Counted from the first letter of the stretch, positions 43,262-56,935 are shown. The stretch is DNA of 64,000 bases from Auanema rhodensis (GCA_964057225.1 OZ059894.1:14508001-14572000); one strand, 5' to 3'. Notes: generated by a model not told the origin, from the letters alone. Numbers and translations: made by a program.

Positions 43262-45892
43262 TTATTTTGCAAACGCTTCTTGAGGTATGTCCGCTCGACG
43301 AGCTAAAAATTGCTCACCGGCTAACTAAAAAATAAAAATTATTCAAGATTTTAAAAGTTAACATACAGCATAATTCCAATCAGAATCTTCTAAGCATCTC
43401 AAACTCCATTCCGGAAGCATACCACTGTCACTAAAAAATAGTTATAATAACTGGCGGATTTATTAACAAGTAATGCTTACATGCTAAATTGTTCAACCAT
43501 TTTCTTTCTTATATCTTCTGATGGGGCCGTTGACAAAGTACCCATGTTATTAGAAATTGTTGTCACATTAGCAGGAGCAGAGATGCACTAGAATCAATAA
43601 TTATATCGGTAAGTATTTTACTATGATTTACCTTATTTAACAGGGTTTTATAGCGAGCCATCCTTTCAGTAGTAATACCACTAATGAAAAGCATATCAGA
43701 CAATACTGCCACAGCTCTATAACAAAGTTAGCATTCAATTCAGGTAATCATTTTCTAATTACATACCCTTCACCACGAGGAGCTACTACAAATGATCTTG
43801 AAAAGTAATTTAAAACTGGAACAGATCCAGGTTTAGCTAGAGTTCCATCTTCAAATAATCCTTGCACCGTGAAACCTAACAATTGTTGCTGAAAACAGAA
43901 CCTTAGCATATATTACAAGAATTAAACATACCGTAACAAGATGTACATCTACTATAAAGGATTCTCTATAGTGATTTGTAATTGGTAGTTTTGCTAATTG
44001 CACGACTATTTCCATAGAACCTGTATTTTTAGTAAGAAATAGAGAATGAAGCGAAAAAAAACCTTTGAAATTCCTGCTTGCACGATTTCTAGAGAACTTT
44101 TCCTGTTGAAGTACATTATGAGAAATACGAGCATATGTCAAATAACAATCACTGGAAAAAATATTATCTTTTAGTTTTTAAAATTTTAGGGCTTACTCGT
44201 CATGATAACGCACTGGCTGAGTATCTTGAAGGTTTGCAATGGTGACTGTTAACGTACTCTTAAAACATGTTATTGATTGCGAGAAAATTAATAATACTAC
44301 AAACATTAGTGCTATCATAAGCATCCATGAGATTTTTACGCGTTATGGCTCCATCTTCCCCATCGTATTGCTTGAAGTATTCGTGAATAAATGTTTCCAC
44401 AAGTCCTTTCAAATAATCCGTTCCGTAAAAACCGGCCTATAAGATTTTGAAATTTTTCAAACTTTTAGGCTAGTATACCTGAAGAGGGGGTTCTCTTGTG
44501 TTTGTATCATCGGCACCAGGGTCGATGGGGTGTAAGCTTGCTGGTTCAACTTGACTGCCATCCTGTTATGAAATTGTTTATAGCCCAATCATTATATAAA
44601 TCTTACCAAAGAAGTAACTTGAGGAAACACTTGATGAATAGCACTAAACGTAAGCAGAAAATAAATAGTACTTTCACAGTATAGGTATTAAATACTAAAA
44701 GCTGAAATAAATAAAAAAATAATACTTGAGATAATCAGTGATCCTTGTTAATTGCTGACAAACTGGATTTCCCTCAAAAAATAGAGTCTTTATGGGTAAC
44801 CCTTTGAGGTGATTTAATTGTTCAATATTTCCAATCTGAACAGATTTGCGAATGAATATAATTTTTTGAAATCTAACCTGATTTTCTGATAAATCCAAAA
44901 CTGAAAGAAATTTACAAACATTTACTAACATAGCAGCGAAATCTAATACACGTAATCTATTGCCCTGAAATATTTTCTATAAGAAGTTTAAAGAAGAAAA
45001 AAACCTTTAAGCACAATGCTGTTATTCCTCCATATAATGTATCGATTCTTTCAATGACAGTTAACATAACGTTTCCTTTATTTAAAACCATATGCATATC
45101 TCTTTGACGGAATATAGGGTCCATAGCGAATTCAGTTAAATCTAGCGCCCTTATTTCAGGATTGAACCTATTATCAACAACACTCTGAATATATACTCAA
45201 GTTTTTTTTGTTCGAAGCCAGTATTCTCACGTTAATAGTAGAGACTTCCTCCTTGGTTAGTTTTGCCCATGGAGCAGGGAACTTCGATCTCATGAAAACT
45301 ATTTTGGCTCCAGTGTCTTTATGAACAATACGTTTACTGATAGCCTCTACAGCTTCTGCCACATCATCACTCTGCAGTAAAAAACTTAGCAGAAATACGT
45401 AAACCAGGACTCACTCTTAAATAAAATTCTACTTCTTTCTTCTTTGTGATTTGAGGTAATAAAGGACGAAATTCATCAACACGTGACCCAAGTTGGCGTA
45501 ATATCCAATGCATTCCATACTTTTCTCCTCCCGGGATCTACAAAACAATCACATTAAATGAATGAATGAATAAAAATATTCTTACTCTTATTTTGTTTAC
45601 TAAATCAGCCTTTGAATTTGTTCCCGAAGCTCCTCTCATTTGCTGTTCCTTGGCAACATCACGATTCCGGCGAATAGAATCAGGCTTCAGTTGGTTAATA
45701 ATTCTACCAAGTCCGCCATTTATGCGGTTAACCCGAGTGACTATAAAAAAAATGAAATACTATGAAACTAGAAAAAATACCTGGCCGGTCCTCATCGTCC
45801 TCATATTTGCTAGCAATATCAGGATCGAATGTTGCAAAGCGATTTTTTTTCGACAATTCTTTAGCATCTCTGCGATTTCCTCTGTGTGACAT
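43262..45892 (-). CDS. nxf-1: Nuclear RNA export factor NXF1/TAP
   Basis: RRM, LRR (LDLSENQ, LFFEGNPV), NTF2-like domain (FSRSFVVAP) and TAP-C UBA (GMLPEWSLRCLEDSDWNY..IPQEAFAK*). Confidence 0.93.
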
Positions 45893-46351
45893 CTTTTCTG
45901 AAATAATATTATAAATAAAATAAAAAGTGTACGTAGAATAAAGGAAAAACAGGAAAAACGGAGATCAACAAGAAGCACCAATCGATGAGCCCAATCTAAA
46001 TCATCAAGCTATTTCGAAATCTTGAATGAGATGCGATAAGCAATGTTAACTCTCCTAATACTACAATTTGCGTACAGGAATTGCTAGACAACGAAAATAA
46101 TGAGCTAACATATTAACCAGGAACTCTTCAAACTTATGGTCAAAAAAATTATCACGCGCTAATTTAGGTACAACATACAAGCATTTTCTTAAGAGAGCAA
46201 AATAATAAGTTTTTTTAATATTAATCTGTAGAATATCCTAAGGCTAAAGCAATAAATTGCAATCGACAACTTACAACAACTAACCCCACTATTGAAGCAT
46301 AATTTAAATAAGTTGTTAGGAAAACCAAAGAGACCTGAGGAAAAAGTGAAC

Positions 46352-46415
46352 ACGCGACGCGTACGCACCGCGCGAAATACAAACATTTCGTTCATATATT
46401 GGCGTCGTCGGAGCG
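46352..46415. promoter_or_regulatory. CpG-rich core of the bidirectional nxf-1/arid-1 promoter with an E2F-like site (TTTCGCGCG on the minus strand, 46369-46377)
   Basis: Dense CG cluster in AT-rich DNA between two divergent ATGs 610 bp apart. Confidence 0.5.
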
Positions 46416-46502
46416 CATTTTCTTTGTTCTATGGTATTTATTCAGCTTTTATGTCATATATGGAACTAATAGTATATCTTGAAATATAGTATTTTAAATA
46501 AA

Positions 46503-49500
46503 ATGCAGGTAAGTAAAACATTTAAATTATAGTTAATTATCGAAATTGTTTATTTTAATTTGTTATATCTGTTTTGTATATATATATAACATTAAGCTTG
46601 AACTAACATATAGATCAAAGCATTGTTGATAACCAGAAAATTTAATTTATTGAAAGTATTTATTGAATTTTTCATAATTTTAGTCGGATGATCCTGCTTT
46701 TCTCTCTGTTGGCACGGAAGTTAGTGCTAAGTTTAAAGGAGCTTTCTGCGAAGCAAAGGTCAAAAAAATATCTAAATCTTTAAAATGCAAAGTGAGTTCT
46801 TGAACATTGCATTCGAACATTATATTAAAAGCTTCAGGTGAGTTTGAAAGATCCTCCTCTTGGTATTATCGTCGTAGAAGATAGTGCTGTAAAAAGCGGT
46901 ACAATAGAAGTTGGACAAACTGTAGATGTTATGCAAGGGAAAACCCTTGTGAAAGGCGTAGTCCAACATATTAAAGATTACAGTACTTACCACGTTGGTA
47001 AGTGTCTTTTATTGTTGTTTTTATTTATTATGTTTTTTAAGTTTTTAACGATGGTGATGAAAAAGTTTTGAAACGAACCCAAATGTGCCTCAAAGGTGCT
47101 AAACATTTTGATTCCGCTGTTAACTTAGATGCTTTACCTTTGTATAATCCTGAACAATTTGGGAGTCCTGTAGTCAAGGGCGCTTTGAAGGATAAAAAAG
47201 GGAAAAAGTTAGTTTAATTTTTTTACAAAACTTCAACTACGTATTTTATTAGGAGGAAAACAACTGAAAGCCCTCTGCAACGAAGCAAACGGAAGAAAGA
47301 CGATGATGAAGAAAGTGAAGAAGAACAAGCTAAGCGGAGAGAAAAGCGAGCTGCGGCTTCTGCTGCTACTGTTGCTATCGGAGAAATGGATCAGGTACTA
47401 TATGAAAAAAGATCTAACTTTACTTTTTTTGTATTTAGTTTCATGGTGATACTGAAGTAAGCTGTGAGGGCTCCACAACTAGTGAAGAGAATAGCGATAA
47501 CGAAAGAGACAAAAAGAAAAAAGAAGATGAAAAGGAGAAAGCGGCCAAACCTGGTAAAAGCGAGCTTAAAAAGGTATTCTTTCCAACATGATCTTTGTAA
47601 ACTTTACATTCAAGGTGGAATATGTGATAGGCGAAGTCTACTCTGTATATGAAGAGGAAAACTCTAAAGGGAAATGGTTTCCAGCAGTTATTGTTTCTTT
47701 AAAAGCTTATAAAAATTCTCATAAAGCCAAAACTCTGACGAAAAAAGAAATTCCTGTGCGAAGTTTTCAAAACGGACGATAGTAAGCTACAAAATGTTTA
47801 ATTATATTGTAAAATAAGTTTACAGTATGATTGTGAATTCTTCTCATCTTGCTACTTTTGATGAAAATATTACAAAGAAGAAAGCATTTGAATCTTTTAA
47901 TTCAGCTCTCAAAGTTGCTATAGAGCGAGCTAATGCTTTTCTCGATAAAGGTAGTTTCTTCTTATTATTGAATATTTTATTGGTTTGTTTAGATACATTA
48001 CCTAACAATTGGGAAAAGTGTGAAATATATAGTAGTAATAACACCAGAAAGAAAGAAAAGGTTTAGTTTAAAAATACTTGTTCCTATTAACTCGAAATTA
48101 TTTAGATTGAAGTTGAAAGTGTTGAAACAACTCCCGAGAAAAATGATAATAAGAATGAAAAGGACAAGAGCAAAAAAGCGTACGAATTTGTTTCTGTTAC
48201 AATGTGAAAAATATATTTTAGAAATGAATCAGATTCATCTGAATCAGAGAGTAGTGATGAAGAAGAGTATGGTGAGGAACGTGATGTTTTTGTAGCCCAA
48301 CTGTACAAATTTCAAGAAGAAAGAGGTTTTTTAAAACTGATTATGGATTAGTATAATTTATTCTGCAGGTACTCCTATCAACAGGGCACCTGTCTTAGGT
48401 GGTAAGGATATAGATCTTTATCGTTTTCATCGGCTAGTTCAACATTATGGAGGTGTTAAACGGGCAACTTCTAATTCTCTTTGGAAAAAGGTAAATTTAT
48501 ATTCAGTAATCATATTCAGCTTGTTTTCATTTCAAGATTTTAATGAGGATGAAACTTAATGGTTGTCCTGGAGCGACACCAGTTACTGTTCGAAAAGCTT
48601 ATAACCGATATTTAATGCCATTCAATTCATTCTATAAGCGATTGGGATGGTCATTAGATGAACTAACGTCATCCACTACCACTCAAACTAGAACAAGAGA
48701 ACGTCGTTTGATAAGACCTGTTGTACCTGAAGCCAACCAAAAGGTAAATTTGTTTTTGGTGTTCATTTATATTGAATTTTATAGAAACGGAAAAAATCAG
48801 GTCCGTTGGATACCAAGGTGAAAGAGGAAGACGATAAAGATTCCAAAGCTTCTGATTCCAAATCCAGAGATACATCGGTTAAAAAAGATACAGATATCAA
48901 AGAAAAGTACTGTTAGTGTAGTGAAGTGTTTATATTTTTCTATATCTTCAGAGCTGTGAAAATTGAGCCAGTGGATACAGAGGAGACTCCCGCCGTCGAA
49001 CCTGTAAGAGAGTCCAAACGAAGGAGTGACAAACTTGAAAAAACTGAAAAGGCTGAAAAAGCTGAAAAAGCTGAAAAAGCTGAAAAAGCTGAGAAGATTG
49101 AAAAGGCTGAAAAATCTGAGAAGATTGAAAAAGCTGAAAAAGCTGAGAAAGCTGAGAAAGAGAAATCGGAAAAGATGGAAAAAAGTGAAAAGCCTGAAAA
49201 GAATGAAAAATCCGAGAAACAAGAAAAGGCAGAAAAAATTGAGCAGTTAGAAAAGTTTGACAAGAACGAAAAGTCTGAGAAAGATAAAGTTGAGAAAGCT
49301 GACAAGCAAGAAAAGGATAAAGTTGAAAAGGTTTGTACAAAAACTGTTTCACATTCTCATATCTCGTGTTCAGGAAGTAAAAGGAAAGCAAGAAGATAAG
49401 CTCGAACAACCGTCCTCCTCAGATGAAAAGGCTAACAAAAAGGATGATAAAAAGGATTCTAAGGTTCTAAACAGTTTCTCTCTCTCATATCATAAACATT

Positions 49501-52466
49501 TTCCAGAAAGAACAGGCTGAAAAGGAGGCTTTAGAAATGGAAAGGGAGAAAGCTGAAAAGGAGAAGTTGGAGAAAGAGAAAGCTGATAAAGAGAAGCTGG
49601 AGAAAGAAAAAGTGGAAAAAGATAAAAAGGAGCGAAAAGACAGTAGTACTGTTGAACATGAAGAAGAAAGTAAGCCATTTTGCTATATTATTCAGCTGAT
49701 TAGAACCTATTAAGATAAAAAGAAACGCGAAAAGAAGAAGTTATCGATGAAAGAAAGGGCTCCTGCTAAAGGAGAGCACGGGGAAAATTTCAAAGATCCA
49801 GACGAGGGTTATAATCAAGCTGATGTGTAAGTAAATTTGTAAATGACTTTATACTGATAGAAAACTTTTAGGTTCTCTTATTTCTACCTCGGACAAAAGG
49901 TTAGAGCTCAGCATCATGGTAGATGGTATGATGCTAGAGTTGTAACTGTTAATCAGCCTCCTATAAAAGAAATCGTTGAAGTTATCTGCCAGAAACCAGG
50001 AGAAGTTGTTTTCAATTTCAATCGTATTTATAAATTTTTATGTTCAGGGCGAAGAACCTGGGGTTGCTACCATGAAAATTGTTCATAAGGTGATGTCTGA
50101 GATGAAATGTTTTGTTCATTACTTAGGTTGGAACTCGCGTTACGACGAGTGGATCACACTGAATAAGATTAGAATCAGTTTGAAGGTATACTATTAATAG
50201 GTTTTTAATTTAACTTTGTATAATATACTTTGTAGGATGAAGAAAGTTCTCTTACAAAACTTCGAAATGAAGGATCTCATAGAATCACAGAGCCCCGTAT
50301 TAAATTCATTATTGAATGGTGTAGATCGCCACAAGGAATTGAAAGTTTACACAAAGATGAAGATATTCTGCCGAATATGTTTAGTATGGTACGTTCACAC
50401 CTATATTCTATCTTGTATATTGATGTTTGTTTAGGGTGGATATCGTCCTCGGAGGGTATCTATTTCACAATATGAACAATTAAGTGCCGCTGCTGAAGGC
50501 ATTAAGCGAGAGGTATCGTTAGTATTATATATTTCGTTAGCAAAATGAATTGAATTTAGTCAAAAATATCACCTTCAACTAAGCGAATCGCTTCTCCTTC
50601 CTTGTCTCGAATTGTTCAACAAAATAAGAAAGAGGAGAACACTTCAGCTCCGTCAACTTCTAAAGATTCTACAATCACGAATGATGTCAAATCTGTTGAG
50701 GTTCATATTGTTGGTTTTGTGATAGGTTTATTTTTTTATTGTAGACATCTGTTATACAAACTCCTCGACCAGCCAATAAAACGGAAACAACTTCTCCTAT
50801 TAGAGAAACAAGAAGAACAAGAACATCATCTCAAAATGTTGAATTCCTTAGCGAGCCCGTAATTACTGCGCCTATAACCCGCTCAAGCTCACCCTCTGTG
50901 AGTTGAACCTTAATTTCTGATATGAATTATTTTTTCAGAAACGATCTCAAAATAATAATATCACACCTGCTATTATACCATCTACCTCCATTTCTTCAAC
51001 AGTAACCGCCTCTTCGAAGGAAATTCCTATTCCTAAATCTTCTGGAGCTTCTCAACCTGTTGCGAAGACAAAAGAGTCTATCATAGAAGGTTGAATTGCA
51101 GCTTAATTTTTATTTAATACTATTTTTCAGATATTTCAGTTGTTATAACACCGATTGTGTTTAAACAAGAAGTTCTTGAAGAAGAGACTTCTGCTGTTAC
51201 AGGTAAATAAATTTTTTAATACAAAAATTTTTACAAAGTTGATTTAGCTGCAGAATCATCTTCATTATCATCAGCATCTGAAGCAAAAAAAGACAATGTG
51301 GTGGAAAATAATGTAGCTGGTATTCCAGAAGGAGGTAAAGAACTGAAAAAAGAGGATGATATGACGGAAGGTGATTAGTCAAAATATACAGTTTGATAAT
51401 AATATTTATTTTTTTATAGAAGTTGCAACTTCAAGTTGTGTCTCTAATATTGATGAAATGACATCAGAATTCGGAGATTCTGAAACTGAAACAGCTAAGT
51501 CTGATGGAGATGCAGGTTTGCTCAATAGAATTCTCTATTTACTCAGCAGTTTTTTGTTTTAGAAGAAAAAGAACCCGGATCTTCCGGTTTAACAACATCG
51601 GTTAAAAAATCTAATAAACGAAAAAGGTAAGTATTGAGCATTCATTTTCAATTATTTCAGCTTTTCAGAATTATTTCTAGACATAGTCAAATGGTTGTTG
51701 ATCGCAAATATATAAAACCCAAACAAAAAGAGAAAACATCCACCGATGAAAAAGCCGAAGATGGCTCAGATGAGGAAGAGGAAGAAGATAGTGAGACATT
51801 ATTTTGCTTATTCAATCTTTATTTAATTGTATTGTTTTAGCTACCAATTCTCGTGCTACTTACTTCAAACAAAAGAGTTTAGTTTATAAAGCTATGGAAT
51901 CTGAAAATAGTCTTGACGACTTATCTCCTCTTGGCATGGTGTGCATAAGTAAGATATTAACTTGTGCTAATTAATGTATTTTTAATTGTTTTCTAGGTAA
52001 AATGTTGCACCTCAACAATTTTGAATTGTTAGAATTTTGTGAGCAACGCTTATTGGAATTACGTGAAATTTATGAAATATCGCGTAAAGGAATAACCAAA
52101 CAAGAGCGAAGGTGGCGTCATAACATGGAGAGAAAGCGTAAGTTGAATATTTCTTCTTCTTGTTGTATTCATTTTTGTTTAGGTGAGAAAGAAAAACAAT
52201 TGAAGGAGTCTGCTGCTAATACAGCATCAGCTTCATCATCAAGTAGTGATGCTACCGCTTCTTTTAGTTCTAAATGTGATACTTCATCCGGTATGAACAA
52301 TACTAATATTATATCTGGTTTATCTGTAACATCCAATTCTAACTCTAAATCTGCTGATCGTTCAACTGGTATCTCATCCTCAACTGTAAATTCTACTAAT
52401 CCCACTTCTGATAACGCATTAAAAGAAACAGTTGAACCTAAACTCAATGCTACTTCGGTTCAATAG
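46503..52466 (+). CDS. arid-1: ARID4/RBBP1-like chromatin protein (Tudor, PWWP-like, ARID, chromo-barrel)
   Basis: MQ|[92 protein letters not shown]. Confidence 0.92.
49033..49330 (+). repeat. Coding 9-bp tandem repeat (GCTGAAAAA; AEK/xEK tripeptide) in arid-1
   Basis: [27 protein letters not shown]...; about 30 degenerate units. Confidence 0.9.
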
Positions 52467-53890
52467 CATTTATGTTTGTATATAGGTTTTATCTTGCCAA
52501 ATTAATTTTCTATTTTTCTACCTTAATTTTGTATGTTTTATATTTTTATACTTCATCATATGTTACTCGACGAAATGTCCGCTGGATGCGGTTTCTCAAA
52601 TTTTCCTTTTACTGTTTTCATGGAAAACTCATAAAATTTATAAGGGTATATTTCTGTCAAATTTGACAGAAAAATTTTAATATTCTCTAATATTCAGGTA
52701 TCTTTTAAATTTTTATTTTTTTATGATTAAATTCCTATGTGTTTAATGAATCTTAATGAATATTGATTACTTCCACATACTGTTCTTAGTTTTTAGAAAT
52801 ATACCATGCTACTGATGTAAGCCATAGAAATAGTATTCTATAGTTGAAAAATCTGGGAATTACAATGGTTTTGGTTATTCCAGGGTTAGAAAGGTCACTA
52901 AATGAACACTAAATAAATGTATTAAACAGCTTCAAGTTGTATGCAAAACTTTGGGGACCGTCTTCAATTTCAAACATTCTCTTTGTTTTGTATATACCGT
53001 CGAGTGCTTTCTTTGTCTCAAATACATAATTCAATTCTGAATACATACCGCTTCTATAGGAAGATATGAGGGAGGAGTTTTGAAAAATAAATAATATTCA
53101 TACAATATATGATAGAAACATGATTTTTCCTTAATGAACAAGTTTTCCCTTTTTTATTTTGCTTCTATTGTCTTTAATTTCAAAGAAAAACCTTTTGATT
53201 ATAAATCTTGCCTAATAATTCTTATTTTGCTCCTGTTTAGTTCCTTCAGTGTTCTCAAATAATCCTCTTGTTTTCTATTGAAACGGTGGGTTCAGTAATC
53301 TGAGTTCCCAGGAAAACAGTTCTTTTTCCGACAGCTGATGCTGATAACCCGATTGCTCATTTTGTCTTTTTTCCATCTTCTTGATTGTTGATTCGTTAAT
53401 AGTGCAGGTTTTCGTGGAAATTCATTTGGTTTAATTCCATCGGAGCATTCTGTGAGCTTCCAAATCGTTCCTATTCGATTGAGCTTTTCAACTTGCCTGA
53501 AGTATTTACTGGATGCTTTTATTTTTTCATAGATAGTAACTATGTGTGCCAACTTGTTCTTCCTTCGGCTGCATTTATTTGTTTTTGAGCCATCATCTAG
53601 CCTTCTGTGCAGTTGTTTTCTCAAAACAAACAGTTTCTTCAACCTTCATGTTTACGAATTAGGTTCAAATCCTCAACGCCCTTTTCTTTTTATTCTTTCA
53701 AGTTCGGGAGTCCAGAGTATCTCATCTAAACTAGACTATTACCAGTTTATATTTTAAACATCAATTGTTGACCGAAACAAGTTCCTATTTCCTTAAAACC
53801 CGTAGTAGTCAGTTTTTTTCTGTTCCGAAACGGCTCATTTCTTATATTATTTAATATTCCTAAGCTAAATTTTAAAAATATTTTCAGAAT

Positions 53891-54578
53891 ATGCTCAGTT
53901 TCAAAGTTTTTTGCCTTCTTATTCTTATTTCCCTTATTAATTGTACCAACTATTTGGATTGGTGCGACTACTGGAGAGCTCTTCAACGTGATCATGTTCG
54001 AGCTGAATGTAATGGTTTATATAGGATTCGCTTTTCAAAACTTAGAGGTTGATTTTGATTCAAACTATTAGCATTATTCATATACTTAAGATAACAATGC
54101 AAAGCAATTACCAGCATTTAACAGAGATCTATTAGGTGGATTTCATCGCTATAGATCTCAAATTAAATCAAAAAATCAGATCATTAAAAAAATGCTTGGA
54201 ATAGGTTTGTGAATCAAAAAACCTGCTCATTTCCTCATTTGTATTGGTTTTTTCTTTGAAGAAGAGTGTGGTTTATCGTTCATCCATTGCGAAACGTCCT
54301 ATATATGTGATAGTGGACTTCTCTGTCGAGCCAAAGTCAATAGCCAAACCTGCTGTGCACCATCAAAGAGGTTAGTATCAAAAATGAAATCTATCATTCA
54401 CGAGAAAAAAAAGATTTTCATTTTCAGTCCAACCTATAACTCGTGCCCAGCATCAAATATCCGTTTGAATTGTTTGTCTAAACAACGAGAAAACGTCTGC
54501 ACTCACAATTATCAATGCTACTCATCTTCTGCTCGAAAATGTTGTCCCACTACTTGTGGTTATAGCATTTGTTTATAG
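53891..54578 (+). CDS. Small secreted cysteine-rich protein with a C-terminal WAP-like domain (3 exons)
   Basis: TTTTCAG then ATG; signal peptide MLSFKVFCLLILISLINC; ..EECGLSFIHCETSYICDSGLLC..TCCAP|..CP..C..CTHNYQC..KCCPTTCGYSICL*. Confidence 0.8.
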
Positions 54579-55161
54579 AAAAGTAATTTGATTAATTTCA
54601 AAAAATCTATGATGTCCATTTATGTTTAAATTATTCCCAATCAAATGATATTCACTTATTCACTCTTTCTCCTTTTTCTACTAATAGAAAACAAAACATT
54701 GACCGAACTTTACTTGGGAATTCGAGAAAATGATTTTTGTTTTCAGTAACCAGAAAAGTGAAAAAAAAACAAATGAACCGGTAAATATATAATATTTAAT
54801 TAAACTAATCTGAATAAATTATATGAATTTAATAAATTTGATTTGATTTGCAGAGTGTTTTCATTTTTTTCCTTCAAGCTATAATGAGCGGTTGTATTTC
54901 CATTTTTTCCTAAGCTTGTAGTAATTAATAAATTTCAAAATAATAATAATAATATTATTATTATTATTTTTATAAACTAGAATTTTTTTATAATAAAAAA
55001 ATCAAAATATGAGAGTTAATATTTATTAAAATCTCGTACAAAAAGTACGTACAGACTTATTTCCATAACAGGAATACAATTTTTAAAGATGTTTGCGTAC
55101 ATTTGATTTTTGTTGAACAATACGATTAATAGATAATATTTGAAATTGTTTCGATTTTTCT

Positions 55162-55709
55162 TTAATTTCTAATGGTTCTAGCATCGGTCGCATCAGCTAC
55201 AGCTTTTTCGAAAAGACGTCCGAGTTGCTCATTGACGGGTCCTAAATTTTTATACTTAATTTGTTATTTGTGAGCATTTTGTTATACTGTATACCGTAGC
55301 TCATATGACGAATAGAGTCTTCTGCGCTATGTTGGACAGCCTTCACTCCCCGGTCAAGCCCTGGAGAAACTGAGTTGCCAATTAGTTTCGAAGGAATGAA
55401 AGTGGAAAAGAAAGAAAAGATGGAAGAGAAAAGAAATAAAATGGCTGCTCAGGATTTCTCCTTGACTAAATCGGAAAGAAAAGCTTAGATAGTCAAGAGT
55501 AAAGTTTTACCTGTTCGTAGTTGTTGCCAAGTGTTTCTGAGTTGGTTACCCATAACCCTCACATCTTGATCAATTCCAGTTTCATCGAGAGAAGCTTTGA
55601 ACTTAGCTACAACATCCTTGATGGCAGCCAAGAGTTCAGAGTTTGGCTGAAAAGAAAAATCAAGCATGTTACATTCACCGCTGTTATTTAGTCTTGAATA
55701 AAGTTTCAT
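55162..55709 (-). CDS. Small uncharacterised protein, probably alpha-helical (3 exons; start uncertain)
   Basis: ..ELLAAIKDVVAKFKASLDETGIDQDVRVMGNQLRNTWQQLRT|VSPGLDRGVKAVQHSAEDSIRHMSY|GPVNEQLGRLFEKAVADATDARTIRN*, with in-phase GT-AG introns. Confidence 0.65.
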
Positions 55710-56170
55710 TGTTTTGAGTTCGAGCAGAACAGAACCCTACAGCTGATCAGTTTCTTTATCAGAAACTACGAACCATCGTCTACATACGTATCTCAGCAAT
55801 AGAATTCTGTGTGGTGATCATTATGTTTACATAGGTTTCTGTAGTCACACACATATCAAGAAATGTTAAACAGTTTAGTTACAACTATTCTATTAGAATT
55901 TCAATAATCTAATAAACTGTTGTTGAGATTATTTTATGATTATTTACCTATTTTATAAAAATTAATTGAAATGATGCATTTGGAATTAATATTAAAATGC
56001 ATGTTTGTGGTTGCAAAGTAAGTTGATAAATTGTGCTTGTAAATGTGAAAACAATCCGTAGTTTTAGTATTTGAGCTATAACGTGCTGATTTAAGAAAAA
56101 AGTTAAATATTGAAATTAGGAAGAAAAAGATTATCAGACGGATCTGGAAAATGAAACTTGTTTATGGAAT

Positions 56171-56935
56171 TCAAGACCAGGAAGTGAAACACACTTGTGA
56201 GCCAGCACTGCACACTGTACATGCAAAGACAATGCCTACCAAGATATAATCGATCAGCTGTACCGATTTTTCCTCTGGTTTCCTCTTCATTGTTTCTGCT
56301 TCTGGTCGTGTTGTAGTGGATCCGACAATTCTGAACCCTGGCTCGATATTTCGTTCAATTGCCCGGAATGGTGCAATTGTTTTCCAGAAGCGGTTAATCT
56401 CTTCAGAAGGTTTATGACGACAGATAAAACGTGAATGAGTGTGAGATCCTGGCATTTCAGGAATTTTAGGCAACTCCGAAAGAATAACTGTGGTAGTAGT
56501 TTCTTTCGCAGTTGTTGTTGGAACTGTTGTAGTTGTGGTCGTGGCTGTGGATGTAGTAGTTGGAACTTCAGTTGTTGTAGTTGTGGTGGTGCTAGTTGTT
56601 GTGGTTGTGGTTGTGGATGATGTTTCAGGATTACCGCGCACCAACAACTTTTTCCATTTGAGCCGTGGAGTCAATGAAATCTCAGATGGAGTAACAGCTT
56701 CAATGTTTGAAACAGCTACCACGGATGGCATTCTTGGCCGAATAGTGGAATAGATGTTACGTAAAGATTGAGGACCTTTTCTCGTTTTAACTGTTCTGAT
56801 TGGAGGAATTGTTTCAGGGATAATTGTAGAAGTAGATGGAACAGTAGCTGTAGAAGTGGTAGTTGTTTGCTTCAATTTCCTCAGGAGAAGCAGCTTATGA
56901 TAACGAGATATGGAAGACTCGTATGGCGCGTTCAT
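56171..56935 (-). CDS. Thr-rich mucin-like stalk plus C-terminal TM segment; either an alternative last exon of the upstream gene or a separate gene
   Basis: 254-codon ORF with poly-Thr tracts and the hydrophobic segment LIDYILVGIVFACTVCSAG; acceptor TTTCATAG directly before the ATG. Confidence 0.75.
   Translation of the reverse strand: MNAPYESSISRYHKLLLLRKLKQTTTTSTATVPSTSTIIPETIPPIRTVKTRKGPQSLRNIYSTIRPRMPSVVAVSNIEAVTPSEISLTPRLKWKKLLVRGNPETSSTTTTTTTSTTTTTTTEVPTTTSTATTTTTTVPTTTAKETTTTVILSELPKIPEMPGSHTHSRFICRHKPSEEINRFWKTIAPFRAIERNIEPGFRIVGSTTTRPEAETMKRKPEEKSVQLIDYILVGIVFACTVCSAGSQVCFTSWS

Noticed and set aside
48797-49409. Several long antisense and alternative-frame ORFs
   Set aside because: Shadows of the stop-free AEK repeat in arid-1
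53655-53682. tRNA T-arm-like GGTTCAAATCC
   Set aside because: No matching acceptor stem, D-arm or anticodon arm upstream
53292-53757. Overlapping ORFs of 116 and 71 aa
   Set aside because: No motif and no consistent splice model
56435-56753. Val-rich and Cys-rich plus-strand ORFs
   Set aside because: Antisense shadows of the poly-Thr tract
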